This document shows, in pieces, positions 35,723 to 43,007 of a stretch of 43,007 bases of DNA. Numbering within the stretch: position 1 is the first letter of the stretch; each line of letters begins with the position of its first letter. The position numbers and the translations under genes are program-made. Below the pieces are notes generated by a model, which had not been told where the DNA came from, searched no databases, and was given only the letters and a program-made list of their open reading frames with translations. This DNA is from an uncultured Candidatus Saccharibacteria bacterium (GTDB taxonomy: Bacteria > Patescibacteriota > Minisyncoccia > Phycocordibacterales > UBA9973): positions 1 through 43,007 of the forward strand of contig CAZDDY010000001.1 in the NCBI GenBank assembly GCA_964504455.1. Direction: 5' to 3'.

Positions 35723-36955
35723 ATGAAAAGTCAAGATTTAGCAAAGAAAAAGATGCCTAGTGGCCCAGGAGTATATTTCTGGAAACAAGGAAAAACAATT
35801 CTCTATATTGGAAAGGCTACATCACTTCGTTCCCGAATACGAAGTTATTTTGCGTCTGATCTTATTAAGACACGAGGGCAATCAATTGTGGATATGGTTT
35901 TCAAAGCCAAAATCGTTACTTGGCAGGAAACCGACTCAGTACTTGAAGCACTTATTCTTGAAGCCGAGCTCATAAAAAAGTATCAGCCAAAATATAATGT
36001 CAAAGAAAAGGATAATAAAAGTTTTAATTATGTAGTAATTACAAAAGAGACTATGCCTCAAGTACTTCTGGTTCGCGGAAGAAATTTAAAGGTTTCGCAA
36101 GATTTAAAGAAGATTAAGGCACAATATGTTTTCGGCCCTTTCACCTCAGGCGGAATGTTGAAAGAATCCCTTCGGATCATTCGAAAGATTTTTCCTTTTG
36201 TCGACAACTATTCAGCACAAGAAGATAAGTATGAATTTTATAAACAACTTGGGTTAACTCCTGATACTAAAAATATGGATGCCCAAGTGCGCTATAAAAA
36301 AAATATACGGCACATTGTCTTGTTTTTTAAAGGAAAGAAAAAAGAAATACTTAGAAAGCTCGAAAAAGAGATGATGATGAAAGCAAAGCAAGAAAGGTTT
36401 GAAGAAGCGCAGTATATAAAAAAACAAATATTTGCCCTGACACACATAAATGATATTGCTCTTATGAAATACGATTCGAGCGAATATCAACATATCGGTG
36501 ATGAGGGTTTTAGGATAGAGAGTTATGACGTTGCCCATATAAGCGGATCATCTATGGTTGGTGTCATGACAGTTTCAACAAATGGCGTAATAGACAAAAC
36601 TGAATACAAAAGATTTATTGTTAAGTCTGTGTCTAAAAGCAACGATCCCAAGGCACTCGAAGAGATACTCATGAGGCGGTTTCGACACACAGAGTGGGGA
36701 GTACCTAATATTGTTGTCGTTGATGGTGGTGAGATTCAACGCTCAGTTGCATTGCGGGTCTTGAAGTTTTATCAACTTGCTATTCCAGTCATTGCTGTAG
36801 TAAAAAATGAAAAACACAAGGCAAAAGCTCTTATTGGAGATGAGAACCTCATACAGAAGTACAAGCGGCTTATTTTAGTTTTAAATGGTGAGGCACATCG
36901 CTTCGCAATCACTTTTCACCGAGCGAGAAGGTCAAAAGAATTTATACACAAATAA
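35723..36955 (+). CDS. uvrC: Excinuclease ABC subunit C, short form without the C-terminal (HhH)2 domain
   Basis: GIY-YIG (GVYFWKQGKTILYIGKATSLRSRIRSYF), UVR domain (ERFEEAQYIKKQIFAL), and RNase H-like endonuclease region (ESYDVAHISGSSMVGVMTV). The protein ends right after it, at ~410 aa. Confidence 0.88.
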   Translation: MKSQDLAKKKMPSGPGVYFWKQGKTILYIGKATSLRSRIRSYFASDLIKTRGQSIVDMVFKAKIVTWQETDSVLEALILEAELIKKYQPKYNVKEKDNKSFNYVVITKETMPQVLLVRGRNLKVSQDLKKIKAQYVFGPFTSGGMLKESLRIIRKIFPFVDNYSAQEDKYEFYKQLGLTPDTKNMDAQVRYKKNIRHIVLFFKGKKKEILRKLEKEMMMKAKQERFEEAQYIKKQIFALTHINDIALMKYDSSEYQHIGDEGFRIESYDVAHISGSSMVGVMTVSTNGVIDKTEYKRFIVKSVSKSNDPKALEEILMRRFRHTEWGVPNIVVVDGGEIQRSVALRVLKFYQLAIPVIAVVKNEKHKAKALIGDENLIQKYKRLILVLNGEAHRFAITFHRARRSKEFIHK

Positions 36956-36993
36956 ATACTCGGCTTATTTTTTGGGTGTATACTTATAGTGCT

Positions 36994-37389
36994 ATGATTC
37001 ATACTAATTTATTTATTGTTATATCAATAGTCGGTCTCCTTGATACGATGTATCTTATTTATCATAAAGTAAAAGGTACTAATGTCGCATGCCTCTTTTT
37101 CCCTAAAGAGTGGTGCTATAAGGTGCAGCATTCGCCTCAATCAAAAACATTAGGCGTCCCTAATTCCTATTGGGGGTTTCTTATGTACAGCTTGATTCTT
37201 GTGGGAACTCTACTTGCAAAAAATACCTTACTGCCTTCATGGCCAATTTTACTAGTTGTCTGTTTCGGATTTACTTTTTCTATGTATTTTACGTATGTAC
37301 AAGGGTTTGTGCTTAGAGCTTTTTGTACGTGGTGTGTCGTGTCAGCTATTAATTTTTCAATACTGTTTATTTCCCTTTTTATCAAGTAG
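36994..37389 (+). CDS. Vitamin K epoxide reductase (VKOR) family membrane protein
   Basis: Four predicted TM segments, a loop Cys pair (C-LFFPKEW-C) followed by GVPNSYWG, and CTWC in the last TM. Confidence 0.78.
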   Translation: MIHTNLFIVISIVGLLDTMYLIYHKVKGTNVACLFFPKEWCYKVQHSPQSKTLGVPNSYWGFLMYSLILVGTLLAKNTLLPSWPILLVVCFGFTFSMYFTYVQGFVLRAFCTWCVVSAINFSILFISLFIK

Positions 37390-37446
37390 TTCAAGACAAA
37401 ACTTATTTAGAAAAGTCTTGGGAGGCGAAACAACCATAGTATATGC

Positions 37447-37474
37447 TTGACTTATCTTAAAATTATTTTAAAAT
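37447..37474 (+). promoter_or_regulatory. Candidate promoter for the ORFan at 37525
   Basis: -35 TTGACT (37447-37452), 16-nt spacer, -10 TAAAAT (37469-37474), inside a very AT-rich spacer. Confidence 0.4.
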
Positions 37475-37524
37475 AAAAAAGAATAATTTCTATATACATT
37501 TCTAAAAACTTAAAAATTCTCAAC

Positions 37525-38004
37525 ATGGGATTGACGAAAATGTTTGAGCCACAACAATTTTGTATTCTGAGCAATAGTTACTCAAAAATAGTTATGGAAT
37601 CAGCTTCATATTGGATGAAAATGCCTTACGATAGCGAGAGTGCTCGGCCTGGCTGGTACAAGAAAAATATATTTCAGAGAATTGAGGGAGTAATCATGAG
37701 GGGTTTCAAGCTCGATTGGCAGCCAAAGTTAGAAATATCATCTGGGAATGAGATGGTTGATTGGTTTGCTGCTCAGCCGACTGAATCAGTTTTTATTCCC
37801 CAGAGTATTTACTTCCTGGTACAGTCGATTAGCACAGAGGCATGTGTAGTTGAAGCGACACACTTTGGTACCGCTAAAACAAGACATTTAAATTTAGGTG
37901 TGATTCCCGAGTTTTGCTTAGTGATTTCAAAGTTTGTCAGAGAAATTGAAGAAAGCGAGTTACGTAAAATTCAAGCAATCGATGCTTTTGTTGGTGGATT
38001 TTAA
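37525..38004 (+). CDS. Hypothetical protein (159 aa)
   Basis: A clean ORF with its own promoter-like and terminator signals. No recognisable motif. Confidence 0.5.
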   Translation: MGLTKMFEPQQFCILSNSYSKIVMESASYWMKMPYDSESARPGWYKKNIFQRIEGVIMRGFKLDWQPKLEISSGNEMVDWFAAQPTESVFIPQSIYFLVQSISTEACVVEATHFGTAKTRHLNLGVIPEFCLVISKFVREIEESELRKIQAIDAFVGGF

Positions 38005-38018
38005 AAATAAAGCAATTC

Positions 38019-38046
38019 AAGACTTTCGACAGAAAGTCTTTTTTGT
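38019..38046 (+). terminator. Rho-independent terminator
   Basis: AAGACTTTC gaca GAAAGTCTT followed by TTTTTG. Confidence 0.8.
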
Positions 38047-38065
38047 TTAAAAGACATAAAAAAAC

Positions 38066-38100
38066 AAAAACCGCAAAGCAGGAGCAATGCGGTTTTTGTT
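38066..38100. terminator. Bidirectional terminator-like hairpin downstream of tRNA-Ala
   Basis: AAAAA CCGCA...TGCGG TTTTTGTTTT, with A- and T-tracts on either side. Confidence 0.5.
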
Positions 38101-38103
38101 TTG

Positions 38104-38176
38104 TGGACCTAAGGAGATTCGAACTCCTGACCTTTGCTTTGCAAAAGCACTGCTCTACCAGCTGAGCTATAGGCCC
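38104..38176 (-). tRNA. tRNA-Ala (anticodon UGC), no encoded CCA
   Basis: Minus strand reads GGGCCTA TA GCTC AGCTGGTA GAGC A GTGCT TTTGCAA AGCAA AGGTC AGGAG TTCGAAT CTCCT TAGGTCC A. The G3:U70 Ala identity pair is present. Confidence 0.92.
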
Positions 38177-38220
38177 AATAGTACATAGATAGAATTATAC
38201 ATTCCGATCCATACCAGAGC

Positions 38221-38248
38221 ATTATATGAAAAATGTCTTATTTTGCAA
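38221..38248 (-). promoter_or_regulatory. Promoter for tRNA-Ala
   Basis: Minus strand reads TTGCAA-16 nt-TATAAT. Confidence 0.5.
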
Positions 38249-38269
38249 GCCCTTGTTTCTGGTTTTTTT

Positions 38270-38278
38270 TGGTATAAT
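38270..38278 (+). promoter_or_regulatory. Extended -10 promoter element for the giant repeat gene
   Basis: TGgTATAAT, preceded by a T8 run (38263-38270). It ends 9 nt before ATG 38288. Confidence 0.5.
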
Positions 38279-38287
38279 ACTTATTAT

Positions 38288-41200
38288 ATGGTACGTAAGA
38301 CGTTTCATACCGGGTCAAATACTCAGATATTTATTCTCGTTGCAGTTTTGATTATAAGTAGTGCTGTACTTTTTTCATTTAGAGAATCTACACAGGTGAC
38401 AGCAAGTCCGGTGTCGCTTGAACGTGTGTCAATTATTCCAGGAGAAAAAGAGCTAAGCGGAAATGGATCAACTAGTTCTCCAGTTTTTTCTGGTGACGGT
38501 AATTATGTAGTCTTTACTTCTTCGTCTTCAAATTTGGTTCCTGGTGATGTAAATGGTGCTAATGATATTTTTATTTATAGTTTTGAAACAGATACCGTTG
38601 AGCTTGTAAGTTTAGATTCAAATGAGGTACAGGCAGACTCTGACTCAGAAACTCCACAGGTATCTTTTGATGGTCGATATGTAGTATTTGCATCATATGC
38701 AACCAATTTAGTTTCAGGTGACACAAATGGACAAATGGATGTATTCTTGCGAGATAGACAATTAGGTACTACTGAACGAATAAATGTTTCGAGTTCAGAA
38801 ATCGAATCAACAGGCTATGCTCAAAACCCTTCAATTTCTTCAGATGGACGATATGTTGTTTTTCATTCAAGTGGTGCAGATTTAATAGCAGGTGACACAA
38901 ATGGGCAAGTAGATGCATTCTTGCGAGATAGACAATTAGGCTCTACTGAACGAGTTAGTATCTCTGATGGAGAAGCACAAGCTAATAGTGAATCATATCA
39001 ACCATACATTTCTTCAGATGGACGATATGTTGCTTTTACTTCTTATGCCCCAAATTTAGTAGCAGGAGATAGTAACGTAACGTATGATGTGTTTGTACGC
39101 GATTTGGAACTCGGCACTACTGAACGAGTAAGTATCTCCGATGGAGAAGCACAAGCTAATAGTGAATCATCATATCCTTCCCTTTCTTCAGATGGACGAT
39201 ATGTGCTTTTTTATTCTGTCGCAAGTAATTTAGTAGTAGGAGATACAAATGGTGTTGGAGACGTGTTTTTAAGAGATAGATTAGCCGGTACAACCACACG
39301 AGTAAGTATCTCCGATGGAGAAGCACAAGCAAATGCATTTTCTGGAGCACCCAGCATGTCACTTGATGGTCGCTATGTTGTTTTTCAGTCAGAGGCGACT
39401 AATTTAGTAGTAGGAGATATAAATTTCAATATAGATTTTTTTATTCGGGATACACTGCTTGGAACAACAGAGCTTGTGACTCAAACAACTGCAGGCGTGC
39501 AACTACAAGAAGATAGTTCGATTAGCACGATATCAGTAAGTCCAGATGGACGTTATGTTGCCTTCGATACTACGGGTATACTGGTTCCAGGAGATAGCAA
39601 TAATGCCTACGATATATTTATCCGTGATCGGCAGCTAGACACAACAGAATTTTTGTATACATTTCTTGGGACAGAAGAGGCAAATGGAGGATCAATACGA
39701 CCGAAAATGTCAGAAGATGAACGCTATATAGTTTTTGAGTCTAATGCAACAAACTTAGTTGCAGATGACACAGATGATTCAACAGATATCTTTGTTTTTG
39801 ATCGCACAGAACGCACTTTTGAGCTTGTAAGTGTATCTTCAGATGGCACAGAATCAAACGGTGAAGCCTATACGCCATATATTTCTGGAGATGGAAGATA
39901 TGTAGTTTTTTCTTCTAATGCGACAAATCTAGTAGCGGATGATACAAACGATGTAGAAGATATATTTTTAAGAGATCGATTCTTAGACACAACAGAGATA
40001 GTTAGCCTAACGTATACAGGAGAATTGGCAAATAACACATCAATGGAGCCATCAGTATCAGATGATGGTCGATACGTACTGTTTCAATCTTTTGCAACAA
40101 ACTTAGTCGACGGGGATACAAATGGGGTATGGGATATTTTCATTCGTGACAGAGATACTGATGCCACCGAGCGAGTAAGTGTATCTAGCGATGGAACTCA
40201 AGCAAGCGAGCAATCTCTTCGACCAAGATTTTCTTCGGATGGCAGGTATGTAGTTTTTACTTCCGAAGCAACTAACCTTGTACCAGAAGACACAGATGAC
40301 GATGAAGATATTTATATAAGAGATCGTACAAATGGTACAACAAAGATAATAAGTTACGTACGCAATGTGATGGTACACGGAAATAGTGATAATACTCTTC
40401 CTGACTTTGATGCCGGACAAAATTTTGTTTTTCAGTCATTGTCTTCCGACCTTGTTTCGGGCGATACCAACAATGTTGACGATATATTTTTCATGAATCA
40501 AGCAACCAATCAAATACAACGAGTAAGTGTTTCGACCAATGGTGAAGAAGGTAATGCTCTTTCAATAAGACCAAAGATTTCTGCTGATGGAAGATATGTT
40601 TCGTATACATCTTATGCTACTAATCTTGTGGCAGGTGACACAAATAGTGCAACAGATATCTTTGTTTATGACCGTGAATCAAATATTACAGAACGAGTCA
40701 GTATTTCGACTAATGGTGAAGAGGCAAACAATGCTTCAAACTTTCCTGATATATCATCAACTGGTCAATATGTGGTGTACACTTCAAATGCAACAAATTT
40801 GGTGGCGAGCGATGCGAATGCCGGTGTTGAAGATATATTTATTAGAGATTTAAATGCCGACACAACCGAACTTGTAAGCGTCTCGACGGGAGGGGTGCAA
40901 GGTGATGGGGCTTCATCTGAACCCATTTTTTCTTCAAATGATCAATATGTAGGATTTTCTTCGAGTGCAACGAACCTCGTAGCGGGTGACACAAACAATG
41001 CAGCGGATATTTTCCTAAGGGATTTAGTTAATGAAACAACTGAAATTGTTAGTGTAGATTCAGATGAGAATATTGTAAATGGTTCTGTAGGAGCTTTTAA
41101 TCCTTCTCTGTCTTCAGATGCGAGATATGTGGTGTTTAGTTCAGAGTCCCCGGGTTATGTTTCTGGGGATACAAACAGTACTGGTGATATTTTTATTCGT

Positions 41201-42595
41201 GATCGACAAGAAGGGACAACTGTGCGTATTAGTACAACAATAGATGGATTAGAACCGAATGGAAACTCATTTTTTCCAGAAATTACTCCTGATGGAAGAT
41301 ATATTATTTTTTATTCATATGCAACGAATTTTGTAGCGGGTGATACAAATGCAACTTCCGATATTTTTGTCTATGATAGACAAACAAATCAGGTCACACG
41401 GATGGATCAGTCGACACAAGGAGTACAGGACACATATGATGATGCTGATGAAGGTAATGGTTTTGCAATTTCAGATGATGGAAGATACGTACTGTTTCCT
41501 TCGGTGGAAAGTACAACACTGATACTAGGATACAACACAGGTAATGCAAATCTTTTAATTCGCGACCGAGAGTTACAAACACTTACGCATGCTATAAATT
41601 TTGCCGGCGGATTTAAAGGAAGTAGCGGTTCAGGTTTTAGTACAATTTCAAAAAATGGACAGTATATAGCTTTTCATACTGAGGCAGACAATCTTTTTCC
41701 AAATGATCAAAATGAAATGAAAGATGTAATTTTTTATGATAATAATACGCAGACTCTTGAGCCTGTTAGTGTTAGTTCCAGTGAAATTTTAGGAAACGAA
41801 AATTCATACATGCAAGAGACACCAGGCAGGTCAATTTCAGATGATGGTCGATATGTTGCTTTTTATTCTTATGCACCCTTAGTTTCTGATGATACTAATG
41901 TCACATCGGACATCTATGTGCGTGATCGGCAAGAAGGAACAACGGCCCGGGTGAATACTTCGGTTTTAGGAGTAGAACAAGATGCAGATGATTATGATGA
42001 TGGTCAGGGGTATTTTTTGTCTGGAGATGGTAAATATCTTGTCTATTCGTCCTCAGGAGACACACTTGTTGCAAGTGATCAAAATGACGAAGATGATGTT
42101 TTCTTTGCTACTCTTAATAATACAGCTACAACTTCAGGTGGCGGAGGGGGTGGAGTAGTTTTTCAGCCTGCTTCAGGTGGTCTTTCATATGTTCCTCCTG
42201 CCTTGTTGCCGAGCAAAGAAATAGATCCATCAAAAGAAAATCCGAAACTGATACAAGAGAAACCAAATACTCCAAATATACCTATATGTAATGAGCAAGG
42301 TAAATTTACCCAATACGTTAGGAAGGGTGCTTTTGGAGGAGATGTGAAGAAAATTCAAGAGTTTTTAAATGAACGTGGGTATCTAAAAGTTACACCAACA
42401 GGATACTTTGGAGTATTAACGGAACAAGCAGTCAAAGCGTTTCAGCTTGATAATCGTCAAGTAACTCTTGACCCTTGGGGGTTTAAATCACCAACTGGCT
42501 GGTGGTATCACACGACAAGAGGTCTTGCAAACAAGATTATTGGTTGTCCCGAAGAAAATGTTACTTTGCCAAACGGGACAAAAGTGAGTTTGTAA
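38288..42595 (+). CDS. Giant (1436 aa) signal-anchored repeat protein: ~21 TolB/PD40-like beta-propeller repeats + Gly linker + C-terminal peptidoglycan-binding (PG_binding_1-like) domain
   Basis: N-terminal TM (IFILVAVLIISSAVLF). The unit P.iSsDGRYVvF.S.AtNLV.GDTN...DvF.RDr..gtTerVSvs recurs about every 58 aa; I counted 21 DGRYV-type cores. Then TSGGGGGGVV and GGDVKKIQEFLNERGYLKVTPTGYFGVLTEQAVKAFQ (about nt 42320-42470). Confidence 0.85.
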   Translation: MVRKTFHTGSNTQIFILVAVLIISSAVLFSFRESTQVTASPVSLERVSIIPGEKELSGNGSTSSPVFSGDGNYVVFTSSSSNLVPGDVNGANDIFIYSFETDTVELVSLDSNEVQADSDSETPQVSFDGRYVVFASYATNLVSGDTNGQMDVFLRDRQLGTTERINVSSSEIESTGYAQNPSISSDGRYVVFHSSGADLIAGDTNGQVDAFLRDRQLGSTERVSISDGEAQANSESYQPYISSDGRYVAFTSYAPNLVAGDSNVTYDVFVRDLELGTTERVSISDGEAQANSESSYPSLSSDGRYVLFYSVASNLVVGDTNGVGDVFLRDRLAGTTTRVSISDGEAQANAFSGAPSMSLDGRYVVFQSEATNLVVGDINFNIDFFIRDTLLGTTELVTQTTAGVQLQEDSSISTISVSPDGRYVAFDTTGILVPGDSNNAYDIFIRDRQLDTTEFLYTFLGTEEANGGSIRPKMSEDERYIVFESNATNLVADDTDDSTDIFVFDRTERTFELVSVSSDGTESNGEAYTPYISGDGRYVVFSSNATNLVADDTNDVEDIFLRDRFLDTTEIVSLTYTGELANNTSMEPSVSDDGRYVLFQSFATNLVDGDTNGVWDIFIRDRDTDATERVSVSSDGTQASEQSLRPRFSSDGRYVVFTSEATNLVPEDTDDDEDIYIRDRTNGTTKIISYVRNVMVHGNSDNTLPDFDAGQNFVFQSLSSDLVSGDTNNVDDIFFMNQATNQIQRVSVSTNGEEGNALSIRPKISADGRYVSYTSYATNLVAGDTNSATDIFVYDRESNITERVSISTNGEEANNASNFPDISSTGQYVVYTSNATNLVASDANAGVEDIFIRDLNADTTELVSVSTGGVQGDGASSEPIFSSNDQYVGFSSSATNLVAGDTNNAADIFLRDLVNETTEIVSVDSDENIVNGSVGAFNPSLSSDARYVVFSSESPGYVSGDTNSTGDIFIRDRQEGTTVRISTTIDGLEPNGNSFFPEITPDGRYIIFYSYATNFVAGDTNATSDIFVYDRQTNQVTRMDQSTQGVQDTYDDADEGNGFAISDDGRYVLFPSVESTTLILGYNTGNANLLIRDRELQTLTHAINFAGGFKGSSGSGFSTISKNGQYIAFHTEADNLFPNDQNEMKDVIFYDNNTQTLEPVSVSSSEILGNENSYMQETPGRSISDDGRYVAFYSYAPLVSDDTNVTSDIYVRDRQEGTTARVNTSVLGVEQDADDYDDGQGYFLSGDGKYLVYSSSGDTLVASDQNDEDDVFFATLNNTATTSGGGGGGVVFQPASGGLSYVPPALLPSKEIDPSKENPKLIQEKPNTPNIPICNEQGKFTQYVRKGAFGGDVKKIQEFLNERGYLKVTPTGYFGVLTEQAVKAFQLDNRQVTLDPWGFKSPTGWWYHTTRGLANKIIGCPEENVTLPNGTKVSL
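38440..42100 (+). repeat. In-frame tandem repeat array (about 174-nt unit) inside the giant gene
   Basis: Three consecutive units are near-identical at DNA level: actgaacgagt[t/a]agtatctc[t/c]gatggagaagcacaagctaatagtgaatcat at 38945 and 39115, and a shorter match at 39297. The other units are diverged. Confidence 0.8.
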
Positions 42596-42607
42596 GTGTT
42601 TTGTATT

Positions 42608-42635
42608 TTGTAAAAAATATATAAGTCAGTATACT
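42608..42635 (+). promoter_or_regulatory. Candidate promoter for the downstream YkuD gene
   Basis: -35 TTGTAA (42608-42613), 16-nt spacer, -10 TATACT (42630-42635), 8 nt before ATG 42644. Confidence 0.45.
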
Positions 42636-42643
42636 GATAGAAG

Positions 42644-43007
42644 ATGGCAAAACACGCGAGTTCTATTTTTCTTATTGCACTTTTTTTTGGAATTGTCTGG
42701 GTTGTGCAGGCATATTTTCAGAGTCCTAAACTTTTTCCATTTGCACCACTTAATCAAAAACCAGGAGAGTTTGATTTTGGGGCAGTTTCAAATGATATAG
42801 AATCTCATTATATTGAAAGTGCTAAACAAGATTTGCTTGATAGTAGAAAATCATTTGTAGAAGCAAATCTTTCAGATATGACACTTTCGGTGTACAAAGA
42901 AGGAACGATTATTCTTACTGTGCCAATTAAATCTAAAGGCAGAGATGGTTCTTGGTGGGAGACACCAACAGGTGTATATACCTTTAAAACGAAAGAAGAA
43001 AACCACT
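42644..43007 (+). CDS. L,D-transpeptidase (YkuD) family protein, 5' partial (runs off the window end)
   Basis: Not in the ORF track because no stop lies in the window. It reads MAKHASSIFLIALFFGIVWVV (signal/TM) ...EANLSDMTLSVYKEGTIILTVPIKSKGRDGSWWETPTGVYTFKTKEENH, the typical N-terminal half of a YkuD domain. Confidence 0.7.
   Translation, partial: MAKHASSIFLIALFFGIVWVVQAYFQSPKLFPFAPLNQKPGEFDFGAVSNDIESHYIESAKQDLLDSRKSFVEANLSDMTLSVYKEGTIILTVPIKSKGRDGSWWETPTGVYTFKTKEENH

Noticed and set aside
37390-37420. CAAGAC...GTCTTG inverted repeat after VKOR as a terminator.
   Set aside because: It has only a 6-bp stem with a 17-nt loop and no following T-tract, which is too weak to call.
38104-38176. 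tRNA-Ala as an integration site for a mobile element.
   Set aside because: No integrase or recombinase gene and no duplicated tRNA 3'-end fragment (attL/attR-like direct repeat) could be found in the flanking sequence.
38440-42100. Regularly spaced ~174-nt repeats that could be mistaken for a CRISPR array or a DGR template/variable-repeat pair.
   Set aside because: The repeats are in frame inside one long ORF and encode a protein repeat. There are no unique spacers and no cas or reverse-transcriptase gene in the window. Differences between the near-identical copies (t/a, t/c) are not adenine-specific.
1-43007. Alternative genetic code (UGA recoded, as in some candidate phyla).
   Set aside because: Long conserved genes (rpoB, rpoC, uvrA, the 1436-aa gene) are uninterrupted under the standard code. 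TGA serves as the rnr stop in a typical ATGA overlap at 5426-5429. There is no sign of gene fragmentation at TGA.

Overview
AT-rich, tightly packed bacterial window that is almost entirely housekeeping. From the gene content I infer an uncultivated, reduced-genome lineage such as Patescibacteria/CPR (Parcubacteria-like); this was not tested. The standard genetic code applies: long genes are intact and TGA is used as a stop at rnr.

Gene order: partial ORF, rnc, a short hinge-less smc-like gene, a convergent three-domain envelope fusion (YkuD-like + S11 DD-carboxypeptidase + CapA) coupled to rnr, rpsP, a chimeric type IV pilin, a KH-domain gene, an antisense ORFan, trmD, rpoB-rpoC-dnaG-rpoD as one contiguous block, a DsbA-like gene, a processive GT2 synthase, a membrane thioredoxin-like gene, tRNA-Thr, a small membrane ORF, tsf, rpsB, proS (no INS editing domain), mreB, mreC, tgt, DUF1653, uvrB, a DUF3298-like gene, uvrA, an ORFan, uvrC (no HhH2 domain), VKOR, an ORFan, tRNA-Ala, a 1436-aa repeat protein with a peptidoglycan-binding C-terminus, and the 5' part of an L,D-transpeptidase.

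I found no CRISPR array, transposase, integrase, prophage or recognisable multi-gene defence locus.

The most notable observations are:
- -10 boxes, often extended (TGn), recur 5-12 nt upstream of start codons with no Shine-Dalgarno motif, suggesting leaderless or near-leaderless expression.
- The giant 21-repeat surface protein lies next to cell-wall enzymes.
- A pilin with a C-terminal Ig-like domain and poly-Asp tail is inserted into the rpsP-trmD operon.
- Several core proteins are reduced or altered: hinge-less SMC, sigma-70 with a poly-lysine N-terminus, a YkuD-like domain with Cys replaced by Ala, truncated UvrC, and INS-less ProRS.
- Two candidate RNA elements: a terminator-like hairpin in the rpoB leader and a GC-rich nested-helix island between rpsB and proS.

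All family names come from motif recognition by eye and need HMM or BLAST confirmation.
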